Assembly: GCA_945860285.1 (NCBI GenBank)
Contig: CAMAQB010000004.1
Coordinates: forward strand, 12,164 to 76,163
DNA: 64,000 nt
Reading direction: 5' to 3'
Origin: Akkermansia muciniphila
Lineage (GTDB): Bacteria; Verrucomicrobiota; Verrucomicrobiia; Verrucomicrobiales; Akkermansiaceae
The notes under the pieces were generated by a model. It worked only from the letters and a program-made list of their open reading frames with translations, had not been told where the DNA came from and did not search any database. Each line of letters opens with the position of its first letter. Position 1 is the stretch's first letter. The position numbers and the translations under genes are program-made. Positions 50,682-57,937 of the stretch are shown piece by piece.

Positions 50682-52100
50682 ATGCTGCTCATGGCGGAAA
50701 TCATCGGAGCGATCATCGCGCTGTTTCACATCGCCGGCGTGGCGCATGCCCTGCACGCCTTGATGAAAACCCGCACCTCGCAAGGGTCGATCGCGTGGAT
50801 CATGTCGCTGATCACCTTCCCCTACATCGCCGTGCCTCTCTACTGGTTTCTCGGTCGCGACCGCTTCACCGGCTATGTGCGGGCGAGACGGGCCCACGAC
50901 GAGCGCCTTCGACAGAAAGCCGCCGACCTTTACGCCGTGATCCAGCGCTTTGTTGTCAAAGAAACGGATCCGTTCATTGCCACCGCGGTGTCTCTCGCCG
51001 GCATGCCGTTGTTGCGGGGCAACCGGCTCGACCTGTTTGACGAGGGCAGCGCCACCTTCGATGCCCTGTTCCACTCGATCGAGTCGGCCAAGTCCTATGT
51101 GCTGGTGAATTATTACATCATGAAGCACGATGCCATCGGCGATGCCTTGCAGCAGATCCTCGTTCGCAAGGCGCGCGAAGGGGTGAAGGTCATGCTGTTG
51201 TTCGATGAAATGGGTTCCAACAAGTTGCCGCGGACCTTTCTCCGCGAGATGAGCGATGCCGGCGTTGTTTTCCATTCCTTCGGCATCAATCGATTCTGGT
51301 GGTCGCGCCTGCAATACAACTTCCGCAATCACCGGAAAATCGTGGTGGTCGATGGCAGGGAGGCCTACATCGGCGGGCTGAACGTGGCCGATGAATACCT
51401 CGGCTGGCACCCGCAGCTCGGCTACTGGCGCGACACCCACATGCGCATGACCGGTCCCGCCGTTCTCGCCGTGCAACTGGTGTTTTTCGAGGACTGGTTC
51501 TGGGCCTGCGGCGACGTGCCGGCTGCGGTGCCTGACACAACCGAGCAAGCGGAGGATCAGGAGTTGCTGATTCTTCCGACTGGTCCCGCCGACCCGATGG
51601 ACTCCTGGCAACTTTTCATTGTGGCCGCCTGCAATCATGCGAAGGAAAAACTATGGATCGCCTCGCCGTATTTCGTGCCCGACAACGGAGTCACCTCCGC
51701 TCTCCAGGCTGCGGCGCTGCGAGGGGTCGATGTGCGACTGCTGATCCCGGATAAATCCGACAGCCGTCTGGTCGGCTGGGCCGCTTATTCCTATTACGAA
51801 CAAATCCTGACCGCCGGCGTGAAAATCCATCGATACAAAAAAGGTTTCCTCCATCAAAAAGTGGTGCTCAGCGACGATTATGTCTCCGTGGGCACCGGCA
51901 ACCTCGACAACCGCTCGTTTCGATTGAATTTCGAAATCACCGGAATCACCGCCGACCCGGAATTTTCCCGCCAGGTTCATGAAATGCTGGAAAGGGATTT
52001 CGCGCAATCCGATCCGAGCCTGCTCAGCGATTACACCGACAAGCCCTGGTATTTCAAATGCGCGTGCCGTGCCGCCCGATTGTTCTCACCGATCCTGTGA
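50682..52100 (+). CDS. cls: Cardiolipin synthase (PLD superfamily)
   Basis: Two N-terminal TM helices and two HKD motifs (NHRKIVVVDGREAYIGGLN and LHQKVVLSDDYVSVGTGNLDNRS). Confidence 0.9.
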   Translation: MLLMAEIIGAIIALFHIAGVAHALHALMKTRTSQGSIAWIMSLITFPYIAVPLYWFLGRDRFTGYVRARRAHDERLRQKAADLYAVIQRFVVKETDPFIATAVSLAGMPLLRGNRLDLFDEGSATFDALFHSIESAKSYVLVNYYIMKHDAIGDALQQILVRKAREGVKVMLLFDEMGSNKLPRTFLREMSDAGVVFHSFGINRFWWSRLQYNFRNHRKIVVVDGREAYIGGLNVADEYLGWHPQLGYWRDTHMRMTGPAVLAVQLVFFEDWFWACGDVPAAVPDTTEQAEDQELLILPTGPADPMDSWQLFIVAACNHAKEKLWIASPYFVPDNGVTSALQAAALRGVDVRLLIPDKSDSRLVGWAAYSYYEQILTAGVKIHRYKKGFLHQKVVLSDDYVSVGTGNLDNRSFRLNFEITGITADPEFSRQVHEMLERDFAQSDPSLLSDYTDKPWYFKCACRAARLFSPIL

Positions 52101-52110
52101 TCCCTGATGC

Positions 52111-52803
52111 TCACGTTCCTCTGGTGTTCCCGTAAAGATCGATGTGCAGTCGCGGGGTGTAGCGGAAGCCGTGGATCTTGCAGAGATCGGCGACCCGCAA
52201 TGCCGAGTCGCGCAGACTTTGCAAATCAACGCCTTCGGGCATCAGCAGGATCTTGTGCGCGGGAACTTCGATGAGATCCTTTTCCAGCATGCGAATGATC
52301 TCGTTCACATCGTTGCTGCCGTTGACCACGAATTTCAATTGATAATCGCCGTGTTCGATCCACGCGCGGATCACCTCCGGTTGCCAGCGGGTTTTTTCAT
52401 GCCGCTCCGACCATGGGCCGGCAATCTCCACACCGGGAGTGGAGTGCGCGAGTTTCGGGCTGAGCGATGCGAGGTCGCAGGAAATTCCCCCGGGCATAAC
52501 CGTCGCGGCGGTTTCGATGGTGATGTGCATGCCGAGGGAATGAAGCTCCGCAGCGAGAGTGTCAATCTCTCTGGCGATCATCGGTTCACCACCCGTTAGA
52601 ACGACATGACTCGCCGGAAAACGCGAAATTTTTTCGATGATCTGTCCGACCGACATCTCTTCGCCCGTGGGATTCCAGGAGGCATAAGGAGTATCGCACC
52701 ACACACAGCGCAGATTGCAGCCGGAGGTGCGGATGAAAATGCTCGGCACACCCGCCAGCGATCCTTCGCCTTGGATCGAATGAAAAATTTCCGATATCAA
52801 CAT
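52111..52803 (-). CDS. queE: 7-carboxy-7-deazaguanine synthase QueE (radical SAM)
   Basis: MLISEIFHSIQGEGSLAGVPSIFIRTSGCNLRCVWCDTPYASW has the CxxxCxxC-type cluster motif and the QueE N-terminus. Start moved from 52959 to ATG 52803. Confidence 0.88.
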   Translation of the reverse strand: MLISEIFHSIQGEGSLAGVPSIFIRTSGCNLRCVWCDTPYASWNPTGEEMSVGQIIEKISRFPASHVVLTGGEPMIAREIDTLAAELHSLGMHITIETAATVMPGGISCDLASLSPKLAHSTPGVEIAGPWSERHEKTRWQPEVIRAWIEHGDYQLKFVVNGSNDVNEIIRMLEKDLIEVPAHKILLMPEGVDLQSLRDSALRVADLCKIHGFRYTPRLHIDLYGNTRGT

Positions 52804-53489
52804 GGCGGTGCAGGCAATGCGGGGGTTTCGAGGTATTCGGTGGGATCGGCGAGTCCCGCCAGCAAAAACGCCTCGCGGCGTTCGACGCAGGTGCCGCAGC
52901 TGCCGCAGTGGATCAGACCTCCTTTGTAACAGGACCACGTTTTCCGGAAGTCCACACACAACTCGTTGCCGCGGACGGCGATGGCGGCCTTGTCCATGTG
53001 AATGAACGGTCGCTCGATCCTCACCTGAGCGTAGGTCCCTTCATTAACGGCCTGCGCCATGCCCTGCATGAATGATTCCCGGCAGTCGGGATAAATAGCG
53101 TGATCACCGGCATGGGCGGCGATGACCAGACGGCCCGCTCCTTCGTTTTCCGCAATCCCGGCGGCGATGGCGAGCATGATGCCATTGCGAAAGGGCACGA
53201 CGGTCTGTTTCATGCTGGCTTCCGCATAATGGCCGTCGGGAATCGCATCACCTCCCTGCAACAAGCTGCTTTGGAAAAGCCGGGTGAAAAAATCCAGGTG
53301 AACCAGCTCGTGACGAATGCCCAGCTCCTGGCAGTGCCAGCGTGCGAATTCCAGTTCGCGATGGTTGTGTTTCGAACCGTAATCAAAACTCACCGCCATG
53401 CCGACGATTCCTCCGGCCCGTGCGTGATAGAGCGCGGTGACGGAATCCATCCCGCCGCTGAGGAGAACGATGGCTGCGGGTGGATTCAT
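52797..53489 (-). CDS. queC: 7-cyano-7-deazaguanine synthase QueC
   Basis: AIVLLSGGMDSVTAL (PP-loop) and the C-terminal Zn site CYKGGLIHCGSCGTCVERREAF. Confidence 0.92.
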   Translation of the reverse strand: MNPPAAIVLLSGGMDSVTALYHARAGGIVGMAVSFDYGSKHNHRELEFARWHCQELGIRHELVHLDFFTRLFQSSLLQGGDAIPDGHYAEASMKQTVVPFRNGIMLAIAAGIAENEGAGRLVIAAHAGDHAIYPDCRESFMQGMAQAVNEGTYAQVRIERPFIHMDKAAIAVRGNELCVDFRKTWSCYKGGLIHCGSCGTCVERREAFLLAGLADPTEYLETPALPAPPC

Positions 53490-53492
53490 GAA

Positions 53493-54932
53493 TCAAAGAA
53501 TGACGCCCGGACTGTAGGTCACGGCCTGTGGATATTTTTCTTCCAACAATTTCACCCGCGCGGAAAACGAACCGACCTGTTCTCCAGCTGCACCGGTTTC
53601 ATGGCGGCCGTTTTCCATGATCGATGCGAGCGATTCTCTCGACAGGCCGATGCGGGAATCGGCGGCGAGGCGATCGAGCAAATTGTTGTGATCGATCGCT
53701 CCGTTGCGCAAATCCCTCACGGTGGCCAGCGCGTGTTCCTTGATCGCCTTGTGCGCGGTTTCCCTGCCGACTCCCGCTTTGACCGCCTCCATCATCACCG
53801 TGGTGGTCATAAGGAACGGCAGGTAGTGTTCGGTTTCCGCCGCGATCATTTCCGGATAAATTTCCATCTGATCGAGAATTGTTAGAAAAGTTTCGAACAA
53901 GCCGTCGAGCGCGAAAAATGAATCCGGCAGCATGACTCGTCGCACCACCGAGCAGGAGACATCACCTTCGTTCCATTGGTCGCCGGCGAGTCCCGCCGCC
54001 ATCGCAAGGTAGCCCTTGAGGATTACATGGAATCCGTTCACGCGTTCGCAGGAGCGCGAATTCATCTTGTGCGGCATCGCGCTCGAACCGGTCTGTCCGG
54101 GCGCGAATCCCTCGCTCGCCGTCTCATGTCCCGCCATCAACCGCAGGGTTTTGCAGAACGACGAGGGGGCGGAAGCAAGGTCGGTGAGCGTGGCAACGAC
54201 GCGAAAATCCAGCGAGCGCGGATAGACCTGGCCGACGTTCGTCCACACGCCGGACATGCCGAGATGGGAGGTGATGGAATTTTCCAGCGCGGCCACTTTT
54301 TTCGCATCGCCATCGAACAGGGATAGTTGATCCATCTGCGTGCCAACCGCGCCTTTCAAGCCGCGAACGTGGTATCCGGCGATGGTCGATTCCAGTTGCA
54401 GCACGCTATGCAGGAATTCCTCGCCGAACATCGCGATGCGCTTGCCCATCGTGCTCGGTTGTGCAGCGACATTGTGCGTTCGCGCGGTGAGGATGATGTG
54501 CCGGTTTTCCTCCGCATGCCTGCGGAGCCGATGCAGGGTGGCGATGCACTTCTCGCGGGTCATCAACAATGACTTGAAGACCTGCAATTGCTCCACGTTT
54601 TCCGTTAGATCGCGCGAGGTCATGCCTTTGTGCACATGTTCGTGACCGGCGAGGTGGTTGAACTCCTCGATGCGGGCCTTCACGTCGTGGCGGGTGATGC
54701 GTTCGCGCTGCATGATCGATGCCACATCGATCCGGTATTTCACACTTTCGTAGGCGGCAATCGCCTCGGAGGGAATCCTCAGGCCGAGTTCATTTTGTGC
54801 CTTCATCACCGCAATCCAGAACTCGCGTTCCAGGAGAATCCGCCCTTCCGCCGACCATATCGCCTGCATGCCCTCGGAGGCATATCGTTCCGCTAGTACA
54901 TTCGCAATCACAGGTTTTGTTATCGCATTCAC
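53493..54932 (-). CDS. purB: Adenylosuccinate lyase PurB
   Basis: ERYASEGMQAIWS..., fumarate-lyase signature GSSAMPHKMNSRSCE; 479 aa. The annotated start 54932 is GTG. Confidence 0.9.
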   Translation of the reverse strand: MNAITKPVIANVLAERYASEGMQAIWSAEGRILLEREFWIAVMKAQNELGLRIPSEAIAAYESVKYRIDVASIMQRERITRHDVKARIEEFNHLAGHEHVHKGMTSRDLTENVEQLQVFKSLLMTREKCIATLHRLRRHAEENRHIILTARTHNVAAQPSTMGKRIAMFGEEFLHSVLQLESTIAGYHVRGLKGAVGTQMDQLSLFDGDAKKVAALENSITSHLGMSGVWTNVGQVYPRSLDFRVVATLTDLASAPSSFCKTLRLMAGHETASEGFAPGQTGSSAMPHKMNSRSCERVNGFHVILKGYLAMAAGLAGDQWNEGDVSCSVVRRVMLPDSFFALDGLFETFLTILDQMEIYPEMIAAETEHYLPFLMTTTVMMEAVKAGVGRETAHKAIKEHALATVRDLRNGAIDHNNLLDRLAADSRIGLSRESLASIMENGRHETGAAGEQVGSFSARVKLLEEKYPQAVTYSPGVIL

Positions 54933-55081
54933 TACGATTTCGCAACGCTATTTCCTGCGCAGGGAAAATCCCCGGATGCCGGCGACGAGGACCGTGATTT
55001 CCGCAGACCGGCGGATTCCAAAAAAAAGAATTGCCAGCAAAGCCCGGATCGTTGTAATTTCACCCCCGCTACGAAATAGCC

Positions 55082-55156
55082 GCGCGGTTAGCTCAGTGGT
55101 AGAGCACCACCTCGACACGGTGGGGGTCGCAGGTTCGAGACCTGCACCGCGCACCA
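55082..55156 (+). tRNA. tRNA-Val (anticodon GAC), CCA encoded
   Basis: Manual cloverleaf: GCGCGGT|TA|GCTC|AGTGGTA|GAGC|A|CCACC|TCGACAC|GGTGG|GGGTC|GCAGG|TTCGAGA|CCTGC|ACCGCGC|A|CCA. All stems pair perfectly. The anticodon loop has C rather than U at position 33. Confidence 0.85.
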
Positions 55157-55293
55157 TTTTTCTCCTATTCACATGTCATCGACCGCAGAGTTTCATTCTC
55201 TCAATTTTATTTTTGCATGAGTTGTGCTGGGTTGGTTAAAGCTACGATTTGCGTGGGTTTTTGAGTTCTTGGCTTAAAACAATTTCGCACTAG

Positions 55294-55372
55294 GGGGCAT
55301 AATTTCGGATTTTGGTGGGCATTTTGGTGGGCATTTTTTTGTTGTTTTTATATCATTTGCAGTGGGCATTTT
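55294..55372 (+). repeat. Cluster of direct repeats G(G/T)GGGCAT(T/A)
   Basis: GGGGCATAATTT at 55294. Tandem TTTTGGTGGGCA at 55310-55321 and 55322-55333. GTGGGCATTTT at 55362-55372. All same orientation, 140-215 nt after the tRNA. Confidence 0.7.
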
Positions 55373-55383
55373 CAAGACGCTCT

Positions 55384-55401
55384 GACCGTTGCATAACGGT
55401 C
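55384..55401. repeat. Island palindrome, variant copy GACCGTT-GCAT-AACGGTC
   Basis: Half-sites ACCGTT / AACGGT are identical to the three downstream copies. The central 4 nt is GCAT instead of ACGT. Lies 67 nt upstream of the amidase ATG. Confidence 0.8.
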
Positions 55402-55467
55402 GTCACTCAGTCTTCTGCGCGTCCACTATTTTTTATGGTTACTGCCGGTTGACGGCTGGGTAATCGT

Positions 55468-56010
55468 ATGAAGAAACAAATCGCGCTGGTGGTAGGGCAT
55501 GAGCCAGGTGGCGGTGCTGAGGGTGAGCGGGCGTATAATTTAATTGTTCAAAAGAGCCTGAAGGAAATGCTTGAGGCGGAGGGCTTCGATGTGTTCGCGT
55601 ATGTGCATGAGCTTAAATCCTACGGGGCACGGCAAGCGGCAATGGCGGCGGCGGTCAATAAGGCGCAACCGCAAAACTTGATTTGCGTGGAGCTGCATTA
55701 CAATGACGTGGATGCCGAGCCTGCGAATGGGCACCAGTTCCACTACAATGCGTGTAGGGGGCTGGCGGTGGCATTTGCGAGTGAGTGGCAGAAGACATTC
55801 CCCAGCTCGCGTGCGCGGCAGGACAGGGGCACGCTGCACACGCCTACGGGTGATGGTGCAGGGTTTCTAAGAAAGTCTCCAGGGCTGGCTGTGCTGGTGG
55901 AGCCGTTTTTCCACTCGAACAAGATTGAGTGGATGTTTTTTCGTAATAAGCAAAAGGAAGTGGCAGAGGCATACGGACGGGCAATCATTCAATTCACGAA
56001 AAAACTTTGA
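55468..56010 (+). CDS. N-acetylmuramoyl-L-alanine amidase (Amidase_3-like; phage endolysin candidate)
   Basis: ALVVGHEPGGGAEG.E..., ICVELHYND, AVLVEPFFHSN match the Zn-ligand contexts of the MurNAc-LAA family. No signal peptide. Confidence 0.7.
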   Translation: MKKQIALVVGHEPGGGAEGERAYNLIVQKSLKEMLEAEGFDVFAYVHELKSYGARQAAMAAAVNKAQPQNLICVELHYNDVDAEPANGHQFHYNACRGLAVAFASEWQKTFPSSRARQDRGTLHTPTGDGAGFLRKSPGLAVLVEPFFHSNKIEWMFFRNKQKEVAEAYGRAIIQFTKKL

Positions 56011-56225
56011 TGTTTGGGGCGAAAGTAAATTTTGTGGATGGGCTGCGGGGGTGGATGGATCGCTTGCCGATTCGTTTGCGGCGGTCGGAGAAAGAATTGA
56101 GTGTGGCAGCGGGTGAGGTAACTCCGATCGCGGAAACGGAGGGGCAAGAAGCAGTCATCGGGGCGATGGGCTGGGGCGGTGCCAAGTGGAATGGTGAGGT
56201 GGCTAAGGTTTTGAAAGATATATGA
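56010..56225 (+). CDS. Hypothetical phage protein (71 aa)
   Basis: ORF translationally coupled on both sides (TGATG at 56008-56012; ATGA at 56222-56225). No TM segment and no family recognised. Confidence 0.45.
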   Translation: MFGAKVNFVDGLRGWMDRLPIRLRRSEKELSVAAGEVTPIAETEGQEAVIGAMGWGGAKWNGEVAKVLKDI

Positions 56226-56635
56226 GAAACGCATTAGCGGCAGCATGGGCAGATGATTTAGCAGGGCGCGTAGCGATACCGGTCTATGCGCAGCGGCGAG
56301 ACGCGGCGGCGGTGCCACCGTTTGCAGTGGTGCGCGTAGAGGAGCTGGAGCAGGTGGTGGGCGGCGCGGATGTCTGGCACGGGGAAGTGCGAGTGGTGGT
56401 GGTGACAGATATTTACCGCGAGGGCGGGGAGTCTGTAGCAGCGCACCATTCGGCGGTGGCGGATATTTACAGAGCGCTGGAGGAGACGGTGAAGGACAGC
56501 TGCGATATGGACCGAAATGTGCGGTTGTATGGATTCGATTTGCACCGGCACGAGGAAGTGCAGGTAAGCAGCCCACGTGGAGAAAAGGTGTATGCGGATG
56601 TTTTTTTCATCACGGCGGGCGCGGGGCGCGTGTGA
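56222..56635 (+). CDS. Hypothetical phage structural protein (possible tail-completion/terminator-type, by position)
   Basis: 137 aa, immediately upstream of the putative major tail gene. Weak resemblance to DUF3168-type proteins (VYAQRRD...PPFAVVRVEE...). The assignment is positional. Confidence 0.4.
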   Translation: MRNALAAAWADDLAGRVAIPVYAQRRDAAAVPPFAVVRVEELEQVVGGADVWHGEVRVVVVTDIYREGGESVAAHHSAVADIYRALEETVKDSCDMDRNVRLYGFDLHRHEEVQVSSPRGEKVYADVFFITAGAGRV

Positions 56636-56795
56636 TGCCCCTGCCCTCCTAGATCAGAGCGGAGCGTTCACTGTAGCGCGCATGTTTTGCGTTGGCTTAC
56701 GATAGTTACTAGGATTTTCTGGGCTTAGGTACACTTCTACCTAAGGATAGATGCCGCCCCTCTGCCCACCCCTAGGTTGACAGGACAACAAAGGC

Positions 56796-57164
56796 ATGGC
56801 TTTTACAAAACATGGGAACGGCGATTACATTTTTGGTTTTAACGATCCATCGGCGTTGGCGATTGCGGCGGCGGTCGGGGTGAAGCCGCAAACTTTAAGT
56901 CTTAGCTTCACTCCTGAATTCACGGCACAGGCGGAAAACGAGGATGCCGAAGTGGATAGCGTGGTGGTGGGTGCGGATACAGTGGATTTCACTCTGAGCG
57001 GGTATCTGGTGGATCAGGAGCTTTTCGAGGAGGGCGCATCGTTTGAGTTCGCCGGACGTTACTTTATCATCATGAGTCGTAAGTTGGACCTTAACAATAA
57101 GGACTACTGCAAAGCCGAGCTGGCTGGTAAGTCTCATTTGAATGTTACTGGTTTGGCTGATTGA
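56796..57164 (+). CDS. Putative major tail protein (positional assignment)
   Basis: 122-aa acidic, beta-rich ORF occupying the slot two genes upstream of the tape measure gene. Followed by a strong terminator. Confidence 0.4.
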   Translation: MAFTKHGNGDYIFGFNDPSALAIAAAVGVKPQTLSLSFTPEFTAQAENEDAEVDSVVVGADTVDFTLSGYLVDQELFEEGASFEFAGRYFIIMSRKLDLNNKDYCKAELAGKSHLNVTGLAD

Positions 57165-57183
57165 TTTTTTGTTGTAGTGTGGG

Positions 57184-57220
57184 AACGGCGAGAGGGAAAC
57201 TTCTCGCCGTTTTTTCTTTT
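57184..57220 (+). terminator. Rho-independent terminator
   Basis: AACGGCGAGA-gggaaact-TCTCGCCGTT (10-bp stem) followed by TTTTTCTTTT. Lies 20 nt after the stop of the putative major tail gene. Confidence 0.75.
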
Positions 57221-57229
57221 GACGCGTTG

Positions 57230-57245
57230 ACCGTTACGTAACGGT
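57230..57245. repeat. Island palindrome ACCGTTACGTAACGGT (perfect 16 bp)
   Basis: Perfect inverted repeat that ends immediately before ATG 57246. Overlaps the GTTGAC box at 57226-57231. Confidence 0.9.
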
Positions 57246-57914
57246 ATGACGAATAAAGAGCGGTTTTATGAGGCGTTTGCGCACACGGAGCATGTAGTGT
57301 TCGGTCGAAAGCTGAAACGATTCACACTGCGGCACAGGTTTTGGCTGGAGACGCTGGAATGCGGTGCGGTGGTGGGCGGCACAGTGGACTGGCCAGCGGT
57401 GGAGCTGGGGGTGCGAATTTGCTCTATGCCATACGAGGGGCTGGACGATGCGGTGAAGAAGCTGCTCAGGCGTGGGCCGAGATGGTGGGAGGCATGGCGT
57501 TTTTTATGGCGGGCCATGCGCGGCGACTTGGCAAAAGAATACGGCGCTCTGCTGGAATACATGGGCGATCACGGCTGCGCGCCGGAGCGGAATGGTGATG
57601 GCGGTGGGGCGGGCATGACTTACGAGGCTATGCCCGGTCTGCTGAGTCTGGTGTGTGGGGTGGTGCGTGCTAGTGGCGGGTGGTCGCCGGATACGGTATG
57701 GTCATTGAGTCCAGGAGAAGCAGAGTGGTATTGCACGGCGTGTTACATGCACCGAGGGGTGGACATGGGGATTAAGACCGAGCATGATGAGAGATTTGAA
57801 GCGGGGCTGGCGGAGCATGGCGAGGCGATCCGCGCAGTGATCGCGGAGGCAAAGCGGAAGCGCAAAGAAGCGGCGGCAGCAAAGGCGGCCGAGGCTGCGG
57901 AGGCGGCAGATTGA
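57246..57914 (+). CDS. Hypothetical phage protein in tail-assembly-chaperone position
   Basis: 222-aa ORF directly upstream of the tape measure gene, with a C-terminal Ala/Lys/Glu-rich tail. Function is inferred only from gene order. No slippery frameshift site was noticed. Confidence 0.4.
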   Translation: MTNKERFYEAFAHTEHVVFGRKLKRFTLRHRFWLETLECGAVVGGTVDWPAVELGVRICSMPYEGLDDAVKKLLRRGPRWWEAWRFLWRAMRGDLAKEYGALLEYMGDHGCAPERNGDGGGAGMTYEAMPGLLSLVCGVVRASGGWSPDTVWSLSPGEAEWYCTACYMHRGVDMGIKTEHDERFEAGLAEHGEAIRAVIAEAKRKRKEAAAAKAAEAAEAAD

Positions 57915-57921
57915 GGGGTTG

Positions 57922-57937
57922 ACCGTTACGTAACGGT
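57922..57937. repeat. Island palindrome ACCGTTACGTAACGGT (perfect 16 bp)
   Basis: Identical to the copy at 57230. Ends immediately before ATG 57938 and overlaps the GTTGAC box at 57918-57923. Confidence 0.9.

Noticed and set aside
50573-50716. N-terminal 48-aa extension of glgB in the track ORF
   Set aside because: The extension overlaps the divergent cls start and has no similarity to branching-enzyme N-termini. The ATG at 50572 gives a sensible divergent promoter region.
57246-57914. Programmed -1 frameshift expected in tail-assembly chaperone genes
   Set aside because: I looked for a heptanucleotide slippery site with an overlapping extended frame and did not see a convincing one. Absence by eye is not proof.
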